Part shown: positions 17,668-26,906 of the stretch, piece by piece | Numbering within the stretch: the first letter of the stretch is position 1 | Layout: each line of letters opens with the position of its first letter | Source of the DNA: a virus | Taxonomy: Duplodnaviria > Caudoviricetes | IMG/VR virus record: IMGVR_UViG_3300033518_000147 | Coordinates: 1 to 48,562 of that record | Strand: one strand, 5' to 3' | Length of the DNA: 48,562 nt | Notes under the pieces: model-generated | The model's database searches: none | What the model was told of the DNA's origin: nothing | The model's input: the letters and a program-made list of their open reading frames with translations, nothing else | Made by a program: the position numbers and the translations under genes

Positions 17668-18054
17668 ATGAGAATGCGTGCAATCAATAAAGACGTTTAT
17701 ATTGCTACTGATAGAGGTACTGCAATAATAATTGGAACAGAATTTAGAGACATTCCAATAGAGTTTCGTAGAGAGGCTTTAATGCGTTCTGAAGAGATCG
17801 AAATAGAAGGTATCAAATCGTCTGATCTTAATCCTGTAGTGCAAACTCCTTATAGCAAGGAAGCTAGATTAAAAGATATTGTAAAAGCAATGATTGTAAA
17901 CATTGGATTAGAAGAAGGTTTAATGACTGGTTCTGGATTGCCTAACATGAATAAATTAAAAGAGCGTGCTGGTTATAACGTTTCTAGAGAAGAAATGATT
18001 ATGGCTCTTGAAGATGCTAAGTCAGAAATTGAAAAAGAAGATACAGAAGAATAA
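17668..18054 (+). CDS. Hypothetical phage protein in the virion module
   Basis: 128 aa, AAGGAG SD, C-terminal TGSGLPNMNKL...G motif. Confidence 0.75.
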   Translation: MRMRAINKDVYIATDRGTAIIIGTEFRDIPIEFRREALMRSEEIEIEGIKSSDLNPVVQTPYSKEARLKDIVKAMIVNIGLEEGLMTGSGLPNMNKLKERAGYNVSREEMIMALEDAKSEIEKEDTEE

Positions 18055-18065
18055 TAGGATTGATT

Positions 18066-18695
18066 ATGATTGCTCAGGATATTATTGCAAAGATACGTTT
18101 AAAAACTCAAGATAATGGTATTACTCAGTTATGGAGTGATGAAGAAATTATTAACAATATTAACGAGGCTTTAAAAGAAGCATGTCTGCGCAAAAATATC
18201 CTCTATAAAAAGCTCTCCTTACTCTCTGTTAATGGCACGGCTTCTTATTCAATAGGAACCATCTTTCGTGTTATGAAAGTACGTTATGACAATGCTCTAT
18301 TAAAAGAGACCACTGTTGATGATGTAGATGAAAGCGGATCTTATGGAAAGAGTGGAACGGTTAGAAACTGGTACATAGATGAAGACGATTTGTTATATCT
18401 TAGCTTAGTACCATTAGAAGACGACAAATCCATTCTAGTAGAGGGTTATGCAGTACCAGACAAGATCGTTGCATTAGAAGACGTTATTGTCTTTCCTGAT
18501 AATTATTTAGAGCCTGCTTTGAATTGGGCTTATAAATTATGTTATGAAAAGTTAGATGCTGAAGTGTCAAGACCAGATTTATCCTCATTCTTTGAAAATG
18601 AATTTGTAAAAGTGTTTGATACTCATAAGACTGCCTCTCAATGGAAACAACACAAACGCTCTTTTAAAGAGCAAATTAAAACGAATTACTTTTAA
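18066..18695 (+). CDS. Head-tail adaptor protein
   Basis: LWSDEEIINNINEALKEACLR N-terminal pattern; position after capsid; ATG 18066 preferred over TTG 18060. Confidence 0.75.
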   Translation: MIAQDIIAKIRLKTQDNGITQLWSDEEIINNINEALKEACLRKNILYKKLSLLSVNGTASYSIGTIFRVMKVRYDNALLKETTVDDVDESGSYGKSGTVRNWYIDEDDLLYLSLVPLEDDKSILVEGYAVPDKIVALEDVIVFPDNYLEPALNWAYKLCYEKLDAEVSRPDLSSFFENEFVKVFDTHKTASQWKQHKRSFKEQIKTNYF

Positions 18696-18697
18696 TA

Positions 18698-19894
18698 ATG
18701 AAACAAAAAGCGACTGTCATAAAATTTAATTATGGTCTTAATAATAAGACGGATACGATGTCTCTTGATGAAAAGTTTCTCTATGAGGCTAAAAACGTAT
18801 TGATATCGGATTCAGGTCGCATTACTAATTGTCTTGGCACTAGTCTTGTAAAGACGGGTGCGTATCATGGTGCCTTTGTTAATAAAATTTCTAAAAGAAT
18901 GTATTTGGCTGATAATGGTATTTTAAAAGAAGTTCTTGAACCAAGTAATGATACTACTTATACGAACATAAAAACACTTTCAAATAAAGATACAGTTCAC
19001 TTTTGCGAAATAAACGATTGGACGGTTTATTCCAATGGAACGGACTACGGTTTAATCAATAAACAGTACATAGATCCTTTGCAATGGGACATGCCTGGTC
19101 AAGCAACATTAAGCGGTTTAAAAGGATCCTTTCCAGTAGGATTATTTCAAGTTCTTTATACAACCAATCTACCAAATGGAATGGAAACAGGATGTCAAAA
19201 CATTGCTGAAATAGAGCTTACAAATCCAGACGGAAACAGTATCTCTATAAATGATCTACCTGACAATGCAAACGTGTATGTATGTTATCCAAACAGCACG
19301 GTATTTGGCTATGCTGGGACTTATAGCGGTAGTGTAACGTTACAAGGTAATTATGACTCGTTAGGCGTTGAATTAAGCACGTTTAACAAGTCTCCAATTC
19401 CTATGGGGACAACTGCTATGGAATACTGGAAAGGATCTTTATACTGCTACTTATATGATGAAGCAGAAGACAAGACTGCAATCTTTTGGTCGGATCCATT
19501 ACAAATACATCTATTTGATTTATCAAAGAATTTCATTGTTGTAAATTCAAAAGTCGTTCAATTAACTTCTGTTAGCACGGCTTTAATAATCGGAACCTAT
19601 AAAGCTATTTATTCCTTTGATGGAGTTGCTTTAATGGAAATAGCAAATTTCGGTGCAATAAAAGGAAGAAATGCTATTAAAGATACTATTGCAAACGGGT
19701 CTGATAACGTGTTAATATGGACTGAGTTAGGGTTATGCTCTGCACTTCCATTTAGGCTATTAACAGATAATCAATTAAGCGTTGATTCTGGTATTAATGC
19801 AAGTGGTGCAATCATAGAAAAGAACGGTTTAAAACATTATATAGTATCAATTAAAAACGGGGCAAAACCCTATAATCAAAGGACAGGAGAATAA
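18698..19894 (+). CDS. Probable tail nozzle / stabilisation protein
   Basis: Beta-rich 398 aa; GLNN...EAKNV.I...G N-terminus, IFWSDP; follows the adaptor. Confidence 0.6.
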   Translation: MKQKATVIKFNYGLNNKTDTMSLDEKFLYEAKNVLISDSGRITNCLGTSLVKTGAYHGAFVNKISKRMYLADNGILKEVLEPSNDTTYTNIKTLSNKDTVHFCEINDWTVYSNGTDYGLINKQYIDPLQWDMPGQATLSGLKGSFPVGLFQVLYTTNLPNGMETGCQNIAEIELTNPDGNSISINDLPDNANVYVCYPNSTVFGYAGTYSGSVTLQGNYDSLGVELSTFNKSPIPMGTTAMEYWKGSLYCYLYDEAEDKTAIFWSDPLQIHLFDLSKNFIVVNSKVVQLTSVSTALIIGTYKAIYSFDGVALMEIANFGAIKGRNAIKDTIANGSDNVLIWTELGLCSALPFRLLTDNQLSVDSGINASGAIIEKNGLKHYIVSIKNGAKPYNQRTGE

Positions 19895-19896
19895 AA

Positions 19897-20355
19897 ATGA
19901 GTGTTAATTTATCAAAAGAATTAAGAGATCAAGTTTTGATGGTTGGATTTAAAACAGCATTAGCAAATTGTGTAGGTGAAGTTCGCACTGGAACTCAACC
20001 TGTTGACGCAAACGCTGCTGCTACTGGTGTTGTGCTTGGATATATAACAGTGGATGGTGGAACGTTTACTCCTGGTTCTCCTACGAACGGATTGAACTTT
20101 GGAACGGCTGTTGATGGAGTTATTGGAAAAGATCCTGCTGAAGTATGGAAAGTAACGGTTTCTACTGCTGGAACTGCTGGACATATCCGATTTAAAGGAA
20201 ATGCTGTTGATACTGGACTGTTATCTACAACGGATGTGCGTATGGATTTAAGTGTCGGATCAATTGGTGCAGATTTCGATTTTGGAAATGTAAATTTAAA
20301 AGTGGGTCAACCTATCACGATTGATACACTAGACGTAACATTACTTCCTGAATAA
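19897..20355 (+). CDS. Virion structural protein, paralog 1 of 3 (152 aa)
   Basis: GTQPVDANAA.TG.VLG, GTAGHIRF, RMDLSVG. Confidence 0.75.
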   Translation: MSVNLSKELRDQVLMVGFKTALANCVGEVRTGTQPVDANAAATGVVLGYITVDGGTFTPGSPTNGLNFGTAVDGVIGKDPAEVWKVTVSTAGTAGHIRFKGNAVDTGLLSTTDVRMDLSVGSIGADFDFGNVNLKVGQPITIDTLDVTLLPE

Positions 20356-20369
20356 TTTGGAGTATATAG

Positions 20370-20828
20370 ATGGCTATAAGATTATCAACTGGCTTGGTAA
20401 ACGCAATGCTCGGTGAGATTGGTTTTCAAAAAGCATTAAAAAATGGTCGTATTGAGTTGAGAAATGGTACTCAACCCTCTGAAGCTGACGCTCAACCTTA
20501 TGGTGCTTTACTAGGCGTTGTGTCGCTTGATGGAGGTTTATTTGTTGCAGGATTGCCAGACAATGGGCTTAACTTTCAATCACCATTAAATATATACATC
20601 GAAAAACCATTATTTGATAAATGGAAATTTACAGCATTAGCAACTGGAACTGCTACGTGGTTTCGTTTCAAAGGAAATGCTGAAGATCTGGATACTGAAT
20701 CAGAAACAGCAATACGATTGGATGGCACTGTAGGATCTATAGCTGCTGATTTAATAATGAATCCAAGTGTAATCATTAACAACGTTTACAGTATTGATGA
20801 ATTTATCTTTGGATTACAAAAACAATAA
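20370..20828 (+). CDS. Virion structural protein, paralog 2 of 3 (152 aa)
   Basis: LSTGLVNAML, GTQPSEADA, GTATWFRF, RLDGTVG. Confidence 0.75.
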   Translation: MAIRLSTGLVNAMLGEIGFQKALKNGRIELRNGTQPSEADAQPYGALLGVVSLDGGLFVAGLPDNGLNFQSPLNIYIEKPLFDKWKFTALATGTATWFRFKGNAEDLDTESETAIRLDGTVGSIAADLIMNPSVIINNVYSIDEFIFGLQKQ

Positions 20829-20842
20829 TATAGGATTGTAAA

Positions 20843-21433
20843 ATGGCACGTTTTTGGAGTCTTAATGATATATTTCCTTGGGGTTCTGTAAATACGGATA
20901 TCTCAGCAGTAGACTTTGATCAAAATTTAGTTTTCAAAATAACCATATATTTAAGTTCATTTACAGATTGGGGTAATGTAGGATATGAGTTTAAAGATGG
21001 ATCTAACACGACTATCTTTACAATTCAAAGCGACTATCAAGGATTGGGATTAACAGTAACCACTTTAGATGGTTTACTAGTTGGAGTTCCTACTGGAAAA
21101 TTTAATATAGACGCTTATTGGGTTGGGTTAGATCATTATAACCCTGTATTTGATCCTAACGATCCAGTTGTATATGCGTCTTACGATCCATTCGATACTG
21201 TTGAATATACATTAATTTATAACAAAACAACTAAGGTTCTTGTCTTATCAGGTGCACTTCCGGAGTATGGAGTAACGTCTGACAGTTTAACGTTAACCAC
21301 TGCACTTCCATCAATAACTTCTACTAATCTTATTGGAAATGGTGGGTCTCAAATGAAAGATATATTTATTGATGATAGTATTGATAAAGTAGCATTTTGG
21401 AAAGATTTTGTTAAAACCTACGAGATACTATGA
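20843..21433 (+). CDS. Hypothetical beta-rich virion protein
   Basis: 196-aa ORF in the tail operon. Confidence 0.65.
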   Translation: MARFWSLNDIFPWGSVNTDISAVDFDQNLVFKITIYLSSFTDWGNVGYEFKDGSNTTIFTIQSDYQGLGLTVTTLDGLLVGVPTGKFNIDAYWVGLDHYNPVFDPNDPVVYASYDPFDTVEYTLIYNKTTKVLVLSGALPEYGVTSDSLTLTTALPSITSTNLIGNGGSQMKDIFIDDSIDKVAFWKDFVKTYEIL

Positions 21434-21927
21434 TTGATGTACATGTACTTACTCATTCTGGAACAAAACAAGAATGGTTAATTGAATGTTTAGAGTCTTT
21501 GAAAGATGAAGAATGTACCGTTCATGTCATAAAAGCAATGGAAGGTAATATTATTGGATCTAGAGCAAACGCCTTTCTATTAGGTAATCATAAATTTTGT
21601 ACGTTTGTTGATTCAGACGATTACGTCTTAAAAGGATCAATGAAAGCAATCGTACAGCAATTTGAAGAAAAGGATGACGCAGTAGTAGCTGGAGAGTTGA
21701 TATTAACAAACGGTAAGCTAATTGGACCCTCTTACGGGCATCACTTATTTGCGGTAAGAAGAAGTGCTTTATTAGATAAAATAGACGAACTTAAATCAAA
21801 ACAACGGTACGAGCATTGCACAATAACATTAACAAAAATGTTTAATCCAAAAGTAGCAAGAATTATTACTTATGTTTGGAGAAGACACGTTGATCAAACA
21901 AGTTTAAAAATGCACACATGGAAATAA
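21430..21927 (+). CDS. Glycosyltransferase family 2 (GT-A)-like protein
   Basis: WLIECLESL, SRANAF, FCTFVDSDDYV (DxD), YVWRRH. Confidence 0.75.
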   Translation: MIDVHVLTHSGTKQEWLIECLESLKDEECTVHVIKAMEGNIIGSRANAFLLGNHKFCTFVDSDDYVLKGSMKAIVQQFEEKDDAVVAGELILTNGKLIGPSYGHHLFAVRRSALLDKIDELKSKQRYEHCTITLTKMFNPKVARIITYVWRRHVDQTSLKMHTWK

Positions 21928-21986
21928 TAGTATTGCGTTATATATGAATAGCGTGCTAATATACCTAATAATAACTGGAGATTACA

Positions 21987-22445
21987 ATGGCTTTAAAATT
22001 AACACGTTTTTTAAGAAAGCAAATATGCGTTACAAGTTCTGCTGCTGATGCTGTTGGAAATCTTGTTTTAAATGTTTATGGCGGAACAGTACCAACGAAT
22101 GCGGAATCTCCTTTATCTGGAAATACTTTATTAGTGTCTTATAGAAATGGAGCGGTTTATCCAGCGTTTAATTTAGTTCTAGAATATGATGACGTTGCTG
22201 AGGCAATGGTTCCAGTAGCAGGACAAGTATTAACTGGAACTGCTGTTGCAACTGGTACTGCTACACATTTCAGATTAGAGCTTGCAACGGATGACGGTTT
22301 AAGCGATGCTGTAGACCAAACAAGACCACGTATCCAAGGAACAGTTGGAAGTACCAATCAAGATATGTTCATGGGAAATACTGCAATAACTTCTGGTGAT
22401 GTTAAGACGCTTGGTGGTTTTGCTTTGCAATTACTTTCTTTATAA
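21987..22445 (+). CDS. Virion structural protein, paralog 3 of 3 (152 aa)
   Basis: VYGGTVPTNAES, GTATHFRL, RIQGTVG. Confidence 0.75.
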   Translation: MALKLTRFLRKQICVTSSAADAVGNLVLNVYGGTVPTNAESPLSGNTLLVSYRNGAVYPAFNLVLEYDDVAEAMVPVAGQVLTGTAVATGTATHFRLELATDDGLSDAVDQTRPRIQGTVGSTNQDMFMGNTAITSGDVKTLGGFALQLLSL

Positions 22446-22455
22446 AATATGAAGC

Positions 22456-24444
22456 ATGCCACTCAAACAATATATAGAAGAGGGACTTGAACATCACTTA
22501 AAATTTGCACGTTTAAAATTAAATCAGATCCTGGATTTTCGTAAGAAAACAGGGTCTTTTTTTATGCAAAAAATGTATACGATGGCGGATGGAGCTATTG
22601 TTCATATAAGATCAAACGGAGATCCATTTAAAGTTTATTCTAATATAGATCAAATTTTTATAACTGGAATCTCTTATAACATTCACATAGACTCATTGGA
22701 TGTTGCTGGATATTTTTATACTTACGATTTGAATTTAAATAAAAGATTTAGATACAGCAAAAATAAGAGTTATGCAGATCCCTCTTGGACAGACGGTTTT
22801 AATTGGCTTACCAATATAACACGATTTGAAGAAGGAAAAAGAATAGGTTATACATCAAGATCGGATTTATCAAACATTGGTGGAACTGTAATAGGATCAT
22901 TTCAAGATACTACGGAAACGTCTTTTTTTAAACTACAAATTTTTAATGAAGTAAAACCTCAATTATCAACTAATGTTGCTGTTCTAGAAAAATTACCAAT
23001 AGAAAACTACAGCGCTAACATTCCATCCGCAATACCTGGTAAAGATCTTATTTACAGATATACCGACATAACAAGAGCGGGATTCGTTGGTTTTAATAGT
23101 GTGAATTCTTACACTTATGGAGATCTCTTTATTTTTAGAGAGCAAATAGAGTTTACATCTTTTAGAATTGACTCAACAACAAACACAAATTACTTTACTA
23201 TTTTTTCTAATTGCATTGATAGTGATGTTAAAAATTTATATGGAATAAATGCTTATAACTATAAGATTGGCTTAAACGGATTAGAGTTAATCAGCACACA
23301 ATCAATGCCAGTTACTTTTGGTGGAGTTTACGTTAACAAATCAATTACAAGACTTGATGGCGATGTTACACAGCTGATCGTATATCCAAAAAGAGATACT
23401 GTATTTTTTGATAGAGCATTTGATCAAACGGGAAGATGTCATTGTATAAAACGTATAGGCGGAAATTACGAATATATACCAGCAAAAGATCTTTGGGACA
23501 CAAAACCATATGCAACAGCAAATAATATAAACAATGAATGGAACATTTTTATTAATGCTGAGGCATTAGCACAAGAATATCCTGAACCTCCTTGCCTGAT
23601 TAGAAAAGAGTCGCTAGATGGATCTTTTGCAAAAATAGAAGCACCATTTTTAGAATTTAATAAGACTATCTATTATCAAGAAGAAGAAGATGTATCAAAT
23701 CCTATAACGTATTCAACAAAAAAGATAGCACGCTTTACCACGTTCCCTACTCAAACACATCTAGGAAATGGAGTAGTCCTTGTTAGTTTTATGGGTAGAA
23801 ACATAGCACCTAATCCAATAAATCTTCCTGTAGTTCGATTTGAAATATGGAAGAGTGTAGATAACGGATTAACGTTTGAAAAATTAGAGACGGAACCAGT
23901 ATCTAATCATAATAATGATCTGGCAGATTACGCTTCCAGTTTTATAACAATTCATAAAAAGAACATGTCTAATTTAGGTGGTGACAATTCTGGATTTAAT
24001 ATAAACACAGAATCTAACATCTATTTTGGTGAGGGATGTGCTGTATTTCTATTAACTCCAACGGTTGCTTATGATTCAAATTTATTGAGATACACTCCTA
24101 CACTCTATCTAAATCCTGATAAATTTTATAAAGTATATTATACAAAGGATTATGGCGTAACGTTCCAGTTGATCGACGTAAGCTATCAGTATATACTATT
24201 AGGAATGACTTGCATTAAACATCGAAAACTAAAAGAAAATGGTGATGTAGAAACAGAAGCAGAATTTTTAGCAATAAAGATGATAAGTTTAACGCAATAT
24301 CAAGTATGTATAACGAAAGATTATTTCACTACTTTTACTCCTATTAGTGATAAAGTCTTTAATAATTTGCAAACAAGATACAACACTAGTCAGATTGAAT
24401 ACTTTTTTACTGATACGGCTATAACCTACACTGGAAAATATTAA
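22456..24444 (+). CDS. Probable tail protein with Asp-box (BNR) motifs, beta-propeller-like
   Basis: WKSVDNGLTF, YYTKDYGVTF, ITKDYFTTF. Confidence 0.65.
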   Translation: MPLKQYIEEGLEHHLKFARLKLNQILDFRKKTGSFFMQKMYTMADGAIVHIRSNGDPFKVYSNIDQIFITGISYNIHIDSLDVAGYFYTYDLNLNKRFRYSKNKSYADPSWTDGFNWLTNITRFEEGKRIGYTSRSDLSNIGGTVIGSFQDTTETSFFKLQIFNEVKPQLSTNVAVLEKLPIENYSANIPSAIPGKDLIYRYTDITRAGFVGFNSVNSYTYGDLFIFREQIEFTSFRIDSTTNTNYFTIFSNCIDSDVKNLYGINAYNYKIGLNGLELISTQSMPVTFGGVYVNKSITRLDGDVTQLIVYPKRDTVFFDRAFDQTGRCHCIKRIGGNYEYIPAKDLWDTKPYATANNINNEWNIFINAEALAQEYPEPPCLIRKESLDGSFAKIEAPFLEFNKTIYYQEEEDVSNPITYSTKKIARFTTFPTQTHLGNGVVLVSFMGRNIAPNPINLPVVRFEIWKSVDNGLTFEKLETEPVSNHNNDLADYASSFITIHKKNMSNLGGDNSGFNINTESNIYFGEGCAVFLLTPTVAYDSNLLRYTPTLYLNPDKFYKVYYTKDYGVTFQLIDVSYQYILLGMTCIKHRKLKENGDVETEAEFLAIKMISLTQYQVCITKDYFTTFTPISDKVFNNLQTRYNTSQIEYFFTDTAITYTGKY

Positions 24445-24452
24445 GGGATGAT

Positions 24453-26906
24453 ATGGATAACTTTCAAGAAAACAGTTTAAAAAAGAATAAGATTTTTGAT
24501 ATTACTGCTGGAACTCCTGCTATTCCTGGTACTCCTGCTCAACCTGCTATTCCTGGATATTCCACAACGTATATTGCATCTGATGGAAACGACTATACTT
24601 ATAGATGTGATAGATCCGTAGATCCATCGTTTGGAGAAAGATCTTATACCTCTGATATGTTACTTAAAACAGTAATAATGAGAGAAACTCAAATTCGTGC
24701 TGAATCGAAAATATGGCAATTAAAACACGTATTTGATCCAAGTAAGATTGTCTATGGATATTTTTCATCTCCGGGGGTTGCTGCTGTTGCTGCTGTACCT
24801 ACTATTCCAGCAATACTTCCTACCATTACTGAAAGAGTTGGAATGGAGTGGGATGGCTCTGCTAATTCTATAAACACTATTCTCGCTGATGAATATGGAA
24901 GTTTTGCCTTTAATGTAGATAGCAAATCTATTGGTGTAAGTGCAGGTCTATCTATAATTGACAACTCTTCTGGCTTATCTGATATCAAGTATGGTTTTAA
25001 GATCACTGGCATTTACGGGGTAATACTTGTAGATGGTGTTTCTATTTCAAAACAATTTCTATTTGATGCTTTAACAGACAGACTAACAGTTCAAAGATCG
25101 CCTAGCGGTATTGAGTATTTTAAGAATGCTGAACTATTACATAGCGTTTCTATCTCTGATTATACAGACGTTTTATTTGCGAGTGCTTCTTTATTTTCTA
25201 CAGTAGACACAATAACTAACGCAAATGTAAGCTCGTTTTATTATGGAAGATATTTAAATTTAGACACTAACGAAATCGTATTTGGATCAAACGACAAGGT
25301 TACTCCAGCAGATCCGTCTGTAACACGTTTCATCTATAAAGAAGAGGGTAGCGTATTAAGCTCTATTGGATTTATAGGTGGTGCAATAATTGATGGCTCT
25401 GCCGACAGTTTAAGCGTTCTACGTGGGTCTATTGGTCGCATATCGTCAACCTTGTCAGACACAACAACAAAAGCGGATCCTGAACCTGATCTATCTAACT
25501 TATCCATGCTGGTAGGTTATTTATCGTTAAACGGATTGATAAGATCACAAGACCTTTTATATGAAAAACTACAACAGCCTATTGGTTATATAGACGGTAG
25601 GATTGCTGGTGACACTAACGCCTATTTGCATGGTTCTATTGGGTCATTTGGCGGGTATATCAACGATATGTATATTATATATATCAACAGTTATTTGATT
25701 GCGGATTTACCTCACGCTTATTCGGTTAAAGCGTCAGCTTCAAAAGCGGTAACAGTAGGTGGATTTGTAAACCTTCCAAAAATAACTGCTAATGGATATA
25801 CTGGCTTAGTCGCTAAACCTTCTATATCTATTAGTGCAAAAGGAACAGCGACAGTTCCATTTATAGCAAGCGGATCTGTTACATTAAAACTTTCAGTATC
25901 TACAAGCGTTACTGTATACGATGTTTTAAACGGTTCTATTAAATTACCACGTATTACAGCTAAAGGAACTGCAAGCGTTACAAGTCTAGTTAAGTCCTCT
26001 GTTAATTTGCCACGTATCACAGCTAAAGGAACTGCAAGCATTACAAGTCTAGTCAAAACAAGTATTAACCTTCCACGTATTAAAGCTGTTGGAACCGCAA
26101 GCGTAACAACTGTTTTAAATGGATCAATAAAACTACCAAGATTGACAATAAGTACCTCTGTTGGAAAATCAAATAAAGTAGTGCTATTCAAAAAAGCATC
26201 TGTTAATACAGTAGTTAATTTAGGACAAATCGTTTCTACTAAAATAAAATTACCAAGAATCACTGCAAGTGGTTCCGTTAAAAAAGAAACGATATTAAAA
26301 GCGTATATCAATCTTCCGAAAATTGCTGTTATTAGATCTATAAGAGCAAGTATCGTTTTGCCGAAAATTAAAATACTTAATAGATCAGTAAACGGAAACG
26401 TCACTCAATCTGTTAACAATAATTATTCTGGATATGCTATTAATCTAAAGAATTCTGTTAAACATGAAAGCATGCCTACCTTCCAAGTAACGCAATTGAT
26501 GAATTATCCCTTTGACGATATTGTTAAGTTGGATGGTGAGTATTATGGTATCAATAGCACTGGGATATATTTAATAAGTGGAGATACGATTAATGGTTCA
26601 AATATTGATTGGTCGTTTAAGACGCATTTAACAGATTTCGGTGTACGTCAATTAAAGACAATTCGTTATGCATATTTAAGAGGTAGATTATCAAACGATT
26701 ATGAGTTTAACGTATTTGCAGGAGAAGAAGATACAAACTCGTTTACAAAAGTTTACGGAAAGAATTACGTATCAACTAATACTAGAGTTACTTTAGGAAA
26801 AGGATTAAGAGAGACGTACTATTCATTAAACGTTATAGGGACTGGAAAAGTAGAGCTGGATGCGTTAGAGTTAGATGTAGATACATTAAGCAGAGGAGTT
26901 AAATAA
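24453..26906 (+). CDS. Probable tail protein with 21-aa LPRITAKGTAS repeats
   Basis: 817 aa; repeats at about 25944-26390; C-terminal TDFG...K...YAY and LGKGL motifs. Confidence 0.65.
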   Translation: MDNFQENSLKKNKIFDITAGTPAIPGTPAQPAIPGYSTTYIASDGNDYTYRCDRSVDPSFGERSYTSDMLLKTVIMRETQIRAESKIWQLKHVFDPSKIVYGYFSSPGVAAVAAVPTIPAILPTITERVGMEWDGSANSINTILADEYGSFAFNVDSKSIGVSAGLSIIDNSSGLSDIKYGFKITGIYGVILVDGVSISKQFLFDALTDRLTVQRSPSGIEYFKNAELLHSVSISDYTDVLFASASLFSTVDTITNANVSSFYYGRYLNLDTNEIVFGSNDKVTPADPSVTRFIYKEEGSVLSSIGFIGGAIIDGSADSLSVLRGSIGRISSTLSDTTTKADPEPDLSNLSMLVGYLSLNGLIRSQDLLYEKLQQPIGYIDGRIAGDTNAYLHGSIGSFGGYINDMYIIYINSYLIADLPHAYSVKASASKAVTVGGFVNLPKITANGYTGLVAKPSISISAKGTATVPFIASGSVTLKLSVSTSVTVYDVLNGSIKLPRITAKGTASVTSLVKSSVNLPRITAKGTASITSLVKTSINLPRIKAVGTASVTTVLNGSIKLPRLTISTSVGKSNKVVLFKKASVNTVVNLGQIVSTKIKLPRITASGSVKKETILKAYINLPKIAVIRSIRASIVLPKIKILNRSVNGNVTQSVNNNYSGYAINLKNSVKHESMPTFQVTQLMNYPFDDIVKLDGEYYGINSTGIYLISGDTINGSNIDWSFKTHLTDFGVRQLKTIRYAYLRGRLSNDYEFNVFAGEEDTNSFTKVYGKNYVSTNTRVTLGKGLRETYYSLNVIGTGKVELDALELDVDTLSRGVK

